A stretch of 64,000 nucleotides of DNA from Selaginella moellendorffii (taxonomy: Eukaryota > Plantae > Lycopodiophyta), in contig NW_003314306.1 in assembly GCF_000143415.4 (NCBI RefSeq), forward strand, positions 1-64,000, given 5' to 3'. The position numbers and the translations under genes are program-made. Below the pieces are notes generated by a model that was given only the letters and a program-made list of their open reading frames with translations, was not told the DNA's origin and did not search any database. Positions 37,901 through 50,785 of this stretch are shown here, piece after piece; the stretch's first letter is position 1; the number at the start of each line of letters is the position of its first letter.

Positions 37901-38302
37901 GCAGTTGCCGAGCTCGGAAGGAATGCTTCCCGATAAATTGTTGGTCTGCAAATCCAACACAGCCAAGTGCCTCAGCGCGGCGATCTGCGGCGATATGACG
38001 CCCTCCAGACCCAAGCGGGAAAGATTGAGAGCGCGAACTCGGCCGTGTCTGCATGCGATTCCAGGCCAGCCGCAAACTGGGCTCCTCCGCAAAGCCCACT
38101 TGTCCAGAAGACCGGATGGATCCGCTTTGATGCATTTTCTAAACTCCAACAGTACCTGGGCCTCCTCATCGTTGCTGCTGTTTCTGTTCTCGATGGCATC
38201 TTGTTGTTGTGCAGCCGAAGAGAGGATCAAGCCTGCAAGCAGCAACAGAACCAGAAACACAGAACGAGCCATCAAGATCAAAACCTGAGGCCAACTAAAC
38301 AT
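34972..38302 (-). CDS. LRR receptor-like kinase, subfamily XII (FLS2/EFR/XA21-type), non-RD; 2 exons (intron 35292-35358)
   Basis: Signal peptide, CGWPGIAC N-cap, ~25 LRRs, GNPGLCG, TM, GAGGFSKVY, VAVK, HCDLKPGN (non-RD) and DFG. A single intron at GYAPP|EYG, typical of LRR-XII. The start may be 38272. Confidence 0.93.
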
Positions 38303-38446
38303 TTTGGTTACCAGCCTCGCCGCTCCTTACTCCCCGCAGTCGCCTTCCAAGAAGAACAGCCGGAGAAAAGTAGAAGCATATGATGAAACCGAGTATTGAC
38401 CATAGACCCAGGAAGGTTAGGAAAACCAAAAAAAGAACTCAATACC

Positions 38447-38491
38447 TTCCTGTGGCCTAACGGACAAGGCATCTGACTCCCACCAGGTGTG
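38447..38491 (+). pseudogene. Internally deleted tRNA-Arg relic
   Basis: CCTGTGGCCTAACGGACAAGGCATCTGACT is fused to CCCACCAGGTGTG. The deletion joins two GACT repeats. Confidence 0.65.
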
Positions 38492-38903
38492 ATCTAGAAG
38501 TGACATACCTCCAACAGCAGTGTAAGTTACTCTTTTGTGCCGACTTCTGACCTGCGTGTTTTCCACAAACGTATTGAATGAGAGTTGGAGTGCGCAAATG
38601 CATGTTTTCCATGACTGCAACACCACAGATAAATCAGCAAAATTGATCCTTGTAAAGAGACAAATGGCAGCGACAAAAAAACAGCAATTCGAAATTGCAA
38701 AATACCATGAAATATTCGCGCGGTGGCGGCCAACTCAGCCGGAGAGGTTGTGCCAGCAGAGCTTTTGGCAAAGTGGAAAACTGCTCGACGCAAAATGCCG
38801 AGTTCGTGATGCAAGTCACTAGCAGCCAACAAAGCAACTTAGAATGTAGTGTTCAAGAAAAATAGACAATGACGAACCATAAGTAGCTTACCAAGTGGTC
38901 TTC

Positions 38904-40457
38904 ATGGAAACTCTTTACATGTCGACGCTGAGGAGAGCCTCAGGAGCACTTGTCTTCGTCTTTATATTATTCTACTCTGCCGCAGTTTGGTTCCAGGAAG
39001 GGAGGAATAAAGCTTTGATCACCTGGAACAAGCGGAGCAGCTTCAATCTGATCAGTGGAAGAAAAGAAGGTGATTCCATCAGAACTTCTCATAGTCCACC
39101 ACCTGCACAAAATGAGCATCATAAATGTAAGAGTCGGATTGAGCAGCATCGTTACAGGAAAAAGCCCTGGGAAGACGTACCATCTGAGTACCTCATCGCC
39201 AGGCTTCGTTCTTACGACGAGTTCCATGCTCGCTGCACCAGAGGTTATCTCCAGACTTGGTTCAACTCCACAGCCGCGAAGAACAGCGATTGCAAGTTCA
39301 TCCTTTGGCTGAACTATAGTGGCCTCGGGAACAAGATGGTGTCGATTGCTGCGGCTTTCCTCTACGCCTTGCTCACCCGTCGAGTTTTGTTAATTGACCC
39401 AGGGAAAGACATGGACGAGCTCTTCTGCGAGCCATTTCCTCGGAGTTCATGGTTTGCTCCCCGGGACTTTCCATTCCAGTTTGTCGAGAGTGACAAGTTT
39501 AAGCTCAAGTTTGATAAATGCGAAGCCGGTGCTACGTTTGCAAGGTACGGTTACATCGAGATAATGGACGGAGTCGCTGATATCGGCGACAAATTCTTCT
39601 GCGAGAAACAACAGCAAATCATCAGCGACCAGATTGCATGGTTGTCGATCAGAGCAAACCTGTATTTTGTCCCAAGCTTGTACTACGTTCCAAAATTCAG
39701 AACCGAGCTAGACAAGCTCTTTCCACGGCAAGAGGCGGTGTTCCACCACTTAGCGAAGCATCTCTTCCATCCCTCTGACGAAGTCTGGGGTAGAGTGACG
39801 AGATTTTACGATGCTTATATGGCTGGCTCGAGCAAGCTTGTCGGCGTCCAACTAAGAATGCTGCCTGATCTCGAATATAGCTTGGGTGGATTCCATGCAA
39901 GAGAGAGGTTCTCAGCCGCAATGATCCAGTGTCTCCACCAAAGCAATGTGCTTCCCAAAGTAGTACCGCCACACTCGACGTCGCCAAGAGATTGTAGAGC
40001 TTGTGGATCCTCCAGAGATATAATAGGTGTTGTTGTGACATCGCTGGACGAAGATTACTCCGATGATCTTAAAGAAGTTTATCTCAACTCTCCAACAATC
40101 GATGGTTCTTTGATCCGAGTTTTTGCACCGAGTAACGAGCGATGGCAGCAGACTAACGACCTCAAGCACGACGAGAAGGCCCTGGCCGAGATTTTCCTGC
40201 TCTCGTTGTGTGACGAGCTGGTTACGAGCCCCGGTTCCACGTTTGGATACGTTGCTCAAAGCCTGGGTGGACTCAAGCCGTGGCTCTTAAATGAAAGGAA
40301 CTGCTCCAGGTTGGATTCCATAGAGCCTTGCTTCCACGCGAGAGTTTTTTACGGCTGTGATTGTGAATCGCTCAACCCTGCGAAGGCCGTCCAAAACAAT
40401 ATCCAAAGCTGCCCGGACTTAACGTGGGGAATTCAGCTCGTCCCATCTCGTTTTTGA
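38904..40457 (+). CDS. GT37 alpha-1,2-fucosyltransferase-like protein, intact, intronless
   Basis: Type II TM anchor, SGLGNKMVS..FLYALLTRRVLL, LFCEPFP, VGVQLR, VTSL, KALAEIFLLS, STFGYVAQ, EPCFH and SCPD..WG. Confidence 0.93.
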   Translation: METLYMSTLRRASGALVFVFILFYSAAVWFQEGRNKALITWNKRSSFNLISGRKEGDSIRTSHSPPPAQNEHHKCKSRIEQHRYRKKPWEDVPSEYLIARLRSYDEFHARCTRGYLQTWFNSTAAKNSDCKFILWLNYSGLGNKMVSIAAAFLYALLTRRVLLIDPGKDMDELFCEPFPRSSWFAPRDFPFQFVESDKFKLKFDKCEAGATFARYGYIEIMDGVADIGDKFFCEKQQQIISDQIAWLSIRANLYFVPSLYYVPKFRTELDKLFPRQEAVFHHLAKHLFHPSDEVWGRVTRFYDAYMAGSSKLVGVQLRMLPDLEYSLGGFHARERFSAAMIQCLHQSNVLPKVVPPHSTSPRDCRACGSSRDIIGVVVTSLDEDYSDDLKEVYLNSPTIDGSLIRVFAPSNERWQQTNDLKHDEKALAEIFLLSLCDELVTSPGSTFGYVAQSLGGLKPWLLNERNCSRLDSIEPCFHARVFYGCDCESLNPAKAVQNNIQSCPDLTWGIQLVPSRF

Positions 40458-41465
40458 TCTCAACAAAATGGCACGGGAAAACGACATGCCAAGAGCCTGT
40501 AAAAATTGCACCATAATGAAAATACACAATAGGAAAACAAGTAAAGAACCTCAAAGTCGATCATAGCATTCAGCTGAGCTCAAGATGTCTCAGATGGATA
40601 AATGCCCCACGAATAAGTGAAGAAGTGTGTTTTTGGAGAAATAAATGTTCCAGAGGTGTACAAGTTTAGTCCCAAAAACATTTTTTTCTGCCAGACATCG
40701 GTACCTGTTGGCGATCGACTCCACGCATGTTTCTGTATCCGCCAAAAACAAAGTCCAGAATTTTTTGCAGGCTCCCGAAACAAGTCTACAACGTACCAGT
40801 GGCAGCACGAAGTTCCCAGATTGTTTTTTGGAGCCACGGCCGTGCTCTTCCAAGGATCTGCAGTGAGCCTGTGCATCTTGAATCTGAAATTGTACTCCCG
40901 GCCTACAATTTACGTAACAAAAATCATCCATTAAAAACTTTACAACTGAGAGAGGAGAATTTCAGAAGCACGCTCTCAAAAGTCCGTTCTAACGCGTGCC
41001 TAGGCAAGAATGCGAGTGATTCTAGCTTGACAGTATGCTAGTTATGAGAGGCAGGACTAGAAAGCTTCCAAGATCAAGCTCAGGACGACGTAATCCAGAA
41101 AACTTCCAAGATCAAGCGCGACGTAATCCAACCAGGGACAAGGAAGAGTACCTGAGAGCGCGATGCCGCCATGGCCTTGCCCCATTTGCAACCCTAGCAA
41201 GATCTAGGCGCCAAAAAATCATTTTCAAGATACGCAGCAGAAATTTTAGTACAAGGGAGTCACAAGTTCGAATCCGTGCCCCAATTTGCCTTGGAAATTA
41301 AAAGGAGTGTTTTATTTGAGGGTCCCTCTTCTTCGAACCTGGGATCGGCTCTACAAGACTATCCCTCAGGTCCCTGGGCTGGCCAGTCTATCCAGGGTTG
41401 ATCACTTGAAAAATACCACATCTCTCTTCCAGATAAGGAACGGAATAAATGTAGTTTGGTAAGAA

Positions 41466-41538
41466 TGGAGATGCAGGGTGTCGATCCCGGTGCCTCTTGC
41501 ATGCTAAGCGAGCGCTCTACCATCTGAGCTACATCCCC
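41466..41538 (-). tRNA. tRNA-Ala(AGC), full length, possibly non-functional
   Basis: 73 nt with G3:U70 and AGC anticodon. One mismatch each in the anticodon stem and T stem. No obvious T-run terminator. Confidence 0.8.
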
Positions 41539-41676
41539 TTTTCCAAGGGTAAGAAAAGCACAAGAAGAAACTAGCAACTCAGTGACAATTCTTTTGACAA
41601 AAAATCCATAGCTTCGATTGTAGTGTTTAATGGACTTTGCTAGATGAAGCAAGTTACCAGGTAGAAACTTCGTCCA

Positions 41677-42620
41677 ATGTCAACACCTTTAGAGGCGGCA
41701 ACCATCGTCCTTGGCAGTAGTTTGGTTCCAGCAAGAGAAGATTAAGTTTTTCATCTCCAGGGACGAAAGAAACAACTACAGTGCTACGAGCGATGCAGGT
41801 TCTTCTCGAGAAAACGTTTATAATCTGCCGCCTGCACGAGAAGACCATGGTAAGTGCAAGAGCCGGTTTGAGCAGCATCGCTACGGTAAGAGAGACTGGG
41901 AATGCGTACCATCGGAGTATCTCATTGACAGGTTTCGTTCTTACAAGGAGTTCCATGCTCGCTGCACGAGAGATAATCCCCAGACTTGGTTTAACTCGAG
42001 CACGGCCACGGAGAACAGTGATTGCAAGTTCATCCTCTGGCTGGATAACAGCGGCCTCGGGAACAAGATGGTGTCGATCGCTGCACCTTTTCTCTACGCC
42101 TTGCTCACCCGTCGAGTTTTGTTGGCGAAGACATGGAGGCGCTCTTCTGCGAGCCGTTTCCTCGGAGTTCCTGGTTTGCTCCCGGTATGTTCCTCTCGAG
42201 TTCCTCAGGAGTGACGAGAATCCTTCCGCGATCGCTGGCGCCGCGGCAGCAGCGTCCGACATCGATCCGCACAGGGAAGACGAGATCAAAGAACTTGAAG
42301 AAGGTTTCGATGCATTGGACAAATCCGTGGAGCTTCTTTGGGAGCTTGTGGTGGATTCAGAGGGCGGTGAGCTGCGAGAGATCGTTCTCTCGCACCATCT
42401 TCCAGATTTGTGGGCAGGGATTTTCCAGATAAGTCACGACGGTGACGACGAAGCTGCGACTTCTGGACAGATCCATACTCTCGTCGAGGCTTTACCAGTG
42501 GCTCATGCAGTCGAGGCTCTGATGATCTTGCTGGCCAAAGAGAACTCTCCACCGCCATGGCTGGAGGCTCACGCAGGATCGGCTTTGATAAGTGTCACCC
42601 CGGTTTGTGCGGCACGCATG
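41677..42620 (+). pseudogene. GT37 fucosyltransferase pseudogene (inverted duplicate of the 5' part of 50786-52294) interrupted by a 356 bp insert
   Basis: Near-identical to the minus-strand gene. Frameshifts at ~41711 and ~42125. FUT sequence stops at 42218 and resumes at 42575. Confidence 0.9.
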
Positions 42621-43299
42621 AGCTCCACAAAGAGTATGCTCAAATTGAAACGTCCTAAGAGCGGAAATGTCTAACTTACCGATGGCACCATTTCAAGTAA
42701 CCTTGAGCTTGGTGATTCATGATAGTGATGGCTGGTTTCTTCTTAGAAAGGATCCATCCTTCCTGGAAATTCAAGATCTAGAACTTGAAATTTGAATAAG
42801 CAGGAAACAAAACAATCAAATGCCTCCATTCTAAATGATGAAAGTTGGGAGACCAACGTGGTGTAGGTTTCCTTGAATGTCAGTGCTCCTTGGAACGTAT
42901 TTGGATACTTGGATGGATGATCTCAGATTTTAAGGCACAAGCTAGATTATTATTTATTTATATAATTATTATTTTTACTATTAACAATAGATAAATAAAT
43001 ATTTTTTTAGGTTCTAAAATTTTTCAAATGCTCATCTCCCATTGGCCACTTGTGAGCCTCCACTTTTTTTATATTATAGTTTTTGTGGTGTTATAAGATA
43101 ATATCTTTGGAGCCATGTAATTGAAGGAAGCATCAAAATGACCCGTAAGACAAAATTCCCAAGATTAAACCTTCTAATCAAAATTTTCTCAGGTAAAAAT
43201 CCTTTTATAAATAAAACCATAAGGTTAATCAAGTTTATAACTATGAGAAAATTTGTTGATAGTATGCACTTTTCTTCTAGTGGTCCACAACTTCATCAA

Positions 43300-45500
43300 A
43301 GTTAAACTTCTGAATTTCGGGACCTTCAATTAAAATCCTTACGAGAGCATCAACTATTTTAGTATTCATCCAATTTCTGTATTTGTTCCTAATCAAATTT
43401 ATTCTACTAAAACCTCACTCGCAACTTGCAATGCTAACACACTGCACCATCCCAATTTCACCAACTTGAAGCAAGTTTGAAAAGCTCTCTACCCAACTTA
43501 CTTAACTATGTATGATGCTCCATATATTAATAAAATTCTGTCCTTTCAATTCTTTTGAATCTAAGTTGAATACCCTTCCATGAAGGCTAAAGGATATCCA
43601 CAATGCCTTTAACAAAAACTTCATCCACCTATAAATGCCTTCCATAAAATTTTGCAAGCTCCCTTGCCTTTGTAACCTTAAATTGTTTGTTTTCCTTGAT
43701 AAGGATTGGCAAATTAGCCAAAGTTAGAACTTGCATCTTGGAGAGTATCTTTATGTCTTGCAGTCATTGTCTAATAGCTGAAATGAGAGCAGAAGTAAAG
43801 GAAATTTGGAATTGCACAACTTCTTGAAGATCATTTCCATTTTTTGACCAAATCAACTACATAATTCTATAAGTATTTTTTTTAACTAAAGCTTTCAAAA
43901 CATGGAGGAAGCCATCCTTACTACCACCAATATGGATGCATGGATATAATTTGCTATCCATGGGATTATCGTTCAAATCAATCTCATCACTGATGTAGTA
44001 TTAGTTCAGCTTCAAAATAATCTCTACAAGAGTCCAACCATGGTGATGTCAATTAGCTTTTTTTGGAATTTTTGATTGAGACTACTTATCATCTGCAAAA
44101 TATCAGCCAGAAAATGCAAGATGTACATGTTCTTCAGGGTTCTCAGTTTGTTGTAAAGCTGCAGCTTGCCACTTCATTTGAAAAGCTCAACTATTGGCTC
44201 TAGACATTTGCAAAGCTTAGAGAAAGCCTTTCCACAACTTAACCACCTCATATCTTGTATATGCTACAATTTAAGCTTGGTATGATCATGTTCCATCTCA
44301 ATGTCCATCAGCTGAGCCAACTTTTTTGAGCTTTTGCTGAAGTAAGCTACTACCTTGTTCACTAGTTTATCAATCTTCATGCATTGTGTAGCACATTCTT
44401 CATCCCTGTAAGTATCTTCCACACATAAATTAACTCAATGTGCCATATTGTGAGCATTGCTTAAGAAGGGATGATCTCCTTCAGCCTAGTTGCTACCCCT
44501 GTCTTGCTACTAACCATGACATTATATCCATCTAAACCAAAACTTATGAACTATTGCATATCTAAATTCCACTGCTTAAGCATATTGCTAATGCAGTTAA
44601 AAATACTTACTGCACCACTATCACCAATGTTGACAATCCCCAAGTAGCTCATCTTCACACAACCACATCCAATGTAAGTCGTATAAAAGATCAAATGCTT
44701 CACAATGTTGAACATAAATTGAATCATAAGTAAACTAATAAATCCAAATTAAGGAATACCTTATATCAGTCAATTCATCCACCATCAATCCAAAATAAGG
44801 ACTTTCCTTAAATTTTTGTAAGATATTTTTAACCATAACCTAAAGTGAAACATGAACCATGTTAGAATCAAATTAACATGGTCTCTTAAACATACCTCGT
44901 TAATAGAAGTTATCAATCATGAACAATTTTTGTCACTATTGTAATATTTTGGAATGTTCATCTCGTTAAGTCGATGAAGTTTAATCAACTCTAGAAAACA
45001 AGTGAATAGAGCAAATTCTTTCGNNNNNNNNNNNNNNNNNNNNNNNNNNNNNNNNNNNNNNNNNNNNNNNNNNNNNNNNNNNNNNNNNNNNNNNNNNNNN
45101 NNNNNNNNNNNNNNNNNNNNNNNATAATAAACAAAACAAAATAACATAAGCACCTCTTGTTCAGCATGGTGTAGATGTTTAGTTGTAGCTTCTGAAATTG
45201 ATTGCTACTTCCTATGGTGCACCTCTTTAGCAAATATAGACTCCTTGTGATCTTTAGAGCTAGCATGACTGCATAAGGCACTTTTTCAAAAATTACTACG
45301 ACCCTATTTGCTAAAAATATTCTTAGTCTGTGGATTTGCCTTGCAAATCTTGCAAAAAATTATGCCTTCAGTTGCATCAAATTCTAACCAACAATAGCTT
45401 TGCTTCCAATGCTTCTTAAAATGCCCTGATGCTATATCATCATCCAATTCCTTAATATCATCCTCAATTTTTATTTGTTGTTGCGAATATGACTTCAAGT
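43300..45500 (-). mobile_element. Decayed hAT transposase (ZNF862-like)
   Basis: N-terminal WLEFD..IFCKIC finger, FGLDGYNVM (DG motif), GVATRL..HPFL..AH..AH*VNL and the C-terminal dimerisation motif SIASCE*GFS. Confidence 0.75.
45024..45123. other. Assembly gap (100 N)
   Basis: Run of N. Confidence 1.
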
Positions 45501-46029
45501 ATCGAAAGTTACCTGTCGGCTAGTCCTTACAGACACTCTTACCTTACTGCCACGATGGCAGGAGGTCGATATTGCTGGACCCGTTATTAGTCTCCGCCTA
45601 AGCTAGTTGAAAAACTAGTCATCACATGTGCACTTAAACCGGAAGGGCACTAAGGAAGGAAATCCTAAATTGTCATTTAGTCAAGCAGACTTGACACGGT
45701 GATGAGAAATTCATGATGTTGGCTTGCACTTGCTAGTGTTAGGAACCCCCGCGATATTGAGCTTGGTCCCTCAATATCACTAGATGATAGCTTACCGTGT
45801 CTGCCAAACACCCTCGCTATCATGCCCTTAGCGTTAATCTCAATTCGGTCCCAAATGCTATTTATGGAAAGTGTTCAGATTTGCTCATTTGGCATATTTA
45901 CGGAATGTAGAGATTGGCCTGAACACGATGGTGTTTGTCCCGTGTCCAAATTCGTAATCTAAGGACATTCCATATTTAGTAAGTTTCAAGCTTGTCCCAG
46001 AGACTAACTCCTGATACTAAGGGAGGCTT

Positions 46030-47000
46030 AGGGTGAAAGCCCAAAGCGTGTGTTCCTCAATGGGGGGGGGGGGCTGTGGGGGATTCCAAATGTATAGTAG
46101 GGATAGTGAGGTCTAGGAACCAATTTTGAAGGGACTCTCCAGTGGGGCTCCCAAACCGACTTGAGGTTGGGACTGAGACCGAGGGGCCTTAGGTGGGAGT
46201 GAGCATGGACTTGGTTGGTGCCGGAGGGCTATCCAAGGAAGTGCTCAAGAGCAACTCCCACTCCCGAAAGGGAAACCGATTGCGGTGCTCCCGGCTCATG
46301 TGGAGTGGTGCCCCACTTGAGTACCATGTGGCTCATTGGTCCTCGCCCTTCCTAGGGGCTTGGGCCTTCCTTCGGGATGGAAGTGGGGGGGTAGAGGTAC
46401 CCATACCGGGCCACTAGGCCACGGTGTTTCGCCCCGGCATCCCGAAGCAAGTGTTGCACTCAAGACTTAGGATTTAGAGGGTCCCATGATCAAGTCTTGT
46501 GGTACCAAGGGATGTTAGGAACCTGGAAGCTTGGTGTGCTTGGCTGCTTGTGCTTGCGGGGAGTGTAGCCGAACCTTAAGTCCAGTCTAACCCGGGGAGG
46601 GGGATTGGGAGAGATTGGGAATCCGTGGATGGATGGTTAACGCTCCGTTGCTCGTGCAGTGAGTAGCTGAAAGCAAGTAGGACCAAGTAGGAGTTGGTAC
46701 CATAGGCGAGAACCTTGGCGAGGGAACTTAGCAAAAGCCAAGGCAGTGTCGGACGGATAGACGAGGTAAACTAACAAATTGGAAAGGAAAAATTTGTGGC
46801 TTACACACTCCTTGGCTCCACGCTTGGGAGTTTGGCACCGTTCCTTCATTCAGTGGCCCAAGGCCCTGAACCTCGGGTTCCTATGGACACGTGGCATGGA
46901 CACGTGGCATCTATCATGTGGCACAAAGAGGGTTTAGGTACCACTTTGTGGTGTTATCCTATGGTAAATCACCATAGGATAAAGGGTCAAAACCATGTGC
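46030..47000 (+). mobile_element. LTR retrotransposon 3' end (PPT plus LTR-like sequence); right boundary uncertain
   Basis: A G12 tract is followed by TGTGGG at 46076. The segment 46030-46110 recurs at ~27390-27460. Confidence 0.5.
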
Positions 47001-50000
47001 GCTACATTTGTGCAGCAACCTTCCAAAATCTTAAAGCTGATTGCCTCCTAGAAGTAAGATCAGTAGTTAAGAGATGCTTCTTTTTACTTGGAGGTAGTTT
47101 TAGCATTCTACTATGTTAAGTTAAGTAGTATGCAACATCTCACTGAGTTGGCTTTTGCTCCCGAAAATGACCTACTTACTCCACTGATATGTGGTATATA
47201 GTATATTCTACTAGCATGTTTAACACTAAATTAAATGTACTTATATTTAATTAATTAATATGGTGTAACAAAAAAATCCTTTTCTTATTAAAATACCCAG
47301 GATAAAATCAAATAACCAATGTTAAATCCTTATACATAATTTTTTTTTGGGCCGTAGATCCTTCATGGTTTGATCTACCTGGGAGTTTTTGAAAAGTTCT
47401 AGGTTTTTATATGGGAGAAGGAAACGTTTGTCAACCGCTGCCTCAATCACAACAATAAGTTCAATGGTATTTTCAGATCTACGCAACTGGCTTTCCCTCG
47501 TGAAGAGATCTTGTTTGCATTGCTCCATTGCTCCAGCTTCCTTGTAGATAAGGAAGCTATGAAGGCTGAACTTCAAGGGTATGTATGCATCCATCACTTT
47601 GCCAATTTGTGCATCAAGCATCTCAACTTCATGACAATCAATATTTGAAACTTTGCAGCATTTTTGGATTGCATCTCCAATTGCATACTAGATGGCTTGG
47701 AAACTTTGAAACTTGAAATGGTAGACAAATGGCCATGTTGAAACATAGGTTATAGAATTTACTGAGCTCATGGTTATGGAATGTACCACTCCTTGGAATG
47801 AGGGAACATTAGACAATATATGCTTGTTAATTGAGACATTGAAATATACCAGATGCAAGCTAGAAGAGCTTGAGTTTCTAGGGTGCTTCAAAGGAAACTA
47901 GAAGGAGTTTGCTCAAACAGTGCTCACAAGTTTAGTGTCACTGAGGAGCCTCACAATTACATATATCTGCAAGATCATTACTTCTCGAGCATGTAACATC
48001 GTGGACTTTGAGATTGTGAAATGCAATTGGAAAATCTTACATCCCTTAGCTAATGTTTTTTGGAACTTGGCATGTGGCCTTCTTAGCTTAAAACTTGAGT
48101 TGCAGTATGGTGCTAACAAGTATAGCACTGATTCCCATCTGGTGAGCTCCAACAACTCCAACAAGCATTTGATGTTACCAGAAAAAAATGCAACCACCTT
48201 TGGCTGCTCACTCAATGGCACCAAATTGGACCTTTCTACCAAGTATTGGAGTTGGGACCTAGACAAGAGCTGGAACAGCTACTCCAAGCTCTTAAACAAT
48301 GTCAGTCATGTTATGTAAACTAAGATTGAAGTGTGTAAACCTTGAGGTGAACACATCTATAGAAACAATACTCACCCTTGAAATGTAATACACACCACAC
48401 CTATAGTAAGTATGGGATATCACTAAAAGAGTTGACCTAGTTGCTAGTATGTCCAAGATTGGGTATCTAAATATAAATCGCCCAGCAAAAGTTAATTAAA
48501 AATGAGTGTAAAGAAGTGATTTTTGGTTGGGCTGGAGCTGAATCTCCCTATTATTAATGACATGTGTGAGAAACTTTATATATTTGACCTATAGATTATC
48601 TCTCTCGACTCATTCTCTTTAGTTAGTTACGATCTATCATGTAAGTTTACGCCTTTATGAATGGAAGTTGAGAGCTACAACTCTCTTGAGAGCCCTTCTT
48701 TTTTGACACCTTATCACTCGGATTGAGCTTAATTAAAAGTAAATTGAATTTGCTACATGTCAATTTTAATATGATAAATAGAGTCAAATTTGAAACCCCT
48801 TTTATACCAAATATAAACTCTTGAATTTAAATTTCCCACATCTTGCCCAATACTATTTAATTGTAAGAATAAAACTTTTAATTAATTGGAAAAGGGGGTG
48901 CACTCTTATTTATGGGTTTTTTCCTTTTATATTTAAACTTTTATGGATTGTCTCTTAAGTCATTCCCTTTAATTACTTATAAATTCTTGATTGAATTGCT
49001 GAAAATAACTTATATTAACTAATGGATTAAGTTGCTATCCATTTTTTGTCAAAGGGCCTCAATAATAAAGTGGACAATGTCACATATTCACAGCAAATGC
49101 TTTTTAGAAGGTGTTTAATTATAAAAAAAACTACCATAAGACAAGACTATTCAGTCTTAGATGTTGTTTTTAGCTAAAAACAGCTACCCCACATCATTTT
49201 TTTAGCATTTAGGACTAAATTAGCACTTTTCAAACTAGAAAATTGAGATTGAATAATTTGAGGGACTAAGATTTAAACCAAAATGGTCTCATAAATTGGT
49301 GAGCAAGAGGTTGTAAGTTCTTCCTCCTTTACAATCCATGACATTGTGATTGAGTTAGGGGTGAGCATTTCTACTTAGTGCATAACAATAGATTACCAAT
49401 TTAGGTAGTGGGAGTGGAATTGCTAGGGAGGCAAAAGCTTAGCTATCTAGGTGTTCTAAGAGATGGTCAGAAGGTCAAGATCTTTCAAAGGGGTGAAAGT
49501 CTCAACACATTAGCTATTGATATTTATAGCTAGGTAAAGGGGCAGTTATATAATGGTTGATGCTCTTGATCTATAACATGCCTTTCATATAGCTAGATAA
49601 GTGAGAGATTCAAATTGATCAAATCATACTTCTATTATCATGTGTAAGGCAAAAAGTAACTTTGTTATAAATATTTTTAAATATTATTTTTATTATAAAA
49701 ATATTAACAATAATAATAATTTATAATTTTTTAAAAATATTATATATTTTATAAGGTATATACAAGTATATTCTATTTTTAGAATATACAAGGAATATTT
49801 GCCCAAGAAAAAACCCTTAAAAGGGTTAAGGAAACGCTATATGTGATTCCTTTGAAGCACCCTAGAAACTTGGAGGTCTTCTAGCTAACACCTGGGAACA
49901 CGAGCTCAGTAATCTCTACAACCTGTGTCCCAGCCACCATGGCCATTTGTCTACCACCTCTAGTTTTGCCATTTGGTATGCAATTGGAAATGCAATCCAA

Positions 50001-50785
50001 AATGCTGAACAGTTTTGGATACTGATTGTCATGGTGCTTGACCTGCAAATTTCCAGTCATGGATGCATACGTGTTTGACCTTCACAGCTTCCTTATGGAG
50101 CAATGCTGGCAGGATCTCTTCATGAGTGAAAGCCACTTGTGCAGACCCGAAAATCCTATCAAACTTATTGCCGTGACTGAGGTGGAGCTCGTCGTCCATG
50201 AGCAGCAGTGGTGATGAATAGTGCTCGTAGTCAATTTCCGCGTTATTTGATGCTTCCTTCAATTACTTGGCTCCAGAAGTTACTACGTTTATCTCCACAA
50301 GCGACCCGAAAAATAATAAAATGATAGAAGAATATAGCCGATCGCAGGCGGGTATATGGTCAATGTGCAAGAGGAGTATGATGTGCGGAATATATATCTA
50401 TATATATAACAAATTTTATGAATTAATTGTCCCTTATATCGATGAGTGGTGATCCAAACACATTTCAGGGAGCGCTGCCATTCAAGAAAACCTACACTAA
50501 TTTCACTGTCCTGTTTCCCTTCACTGTAAATATCTTGGATTTCAGCGAAAAGTGGAGCCTCTCCGAGAAAAACCAGCCACACCAAAGAGATATCATGAAT
50601 AACCCGACCTAAGGTTATTTGAAGTTGTACGTTATTCACTTCAAGTTCTTTCTAGGACATTTCAGTTTGAACATACTTCTTAACTTCTTTGTGAAACTTC
50701 TCTGCGGTGTAATCTCGAGCAAAATGGTGACCTCATCTTCCAAAATTATTCCTTCTTGCCTGATTTTTGTGCAACATCACAGGTC

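Noticed and set aside
41063-41135. Short direct repeat CTTCCAAGATCAAGC...GACGTAATCCA
   Set aside because: Two copies only; ordinary local slippage.
44917-45281. ORFs containing X runs
   Set aside because: Artefacts of the 100-N gap inside a decayed hAT element.
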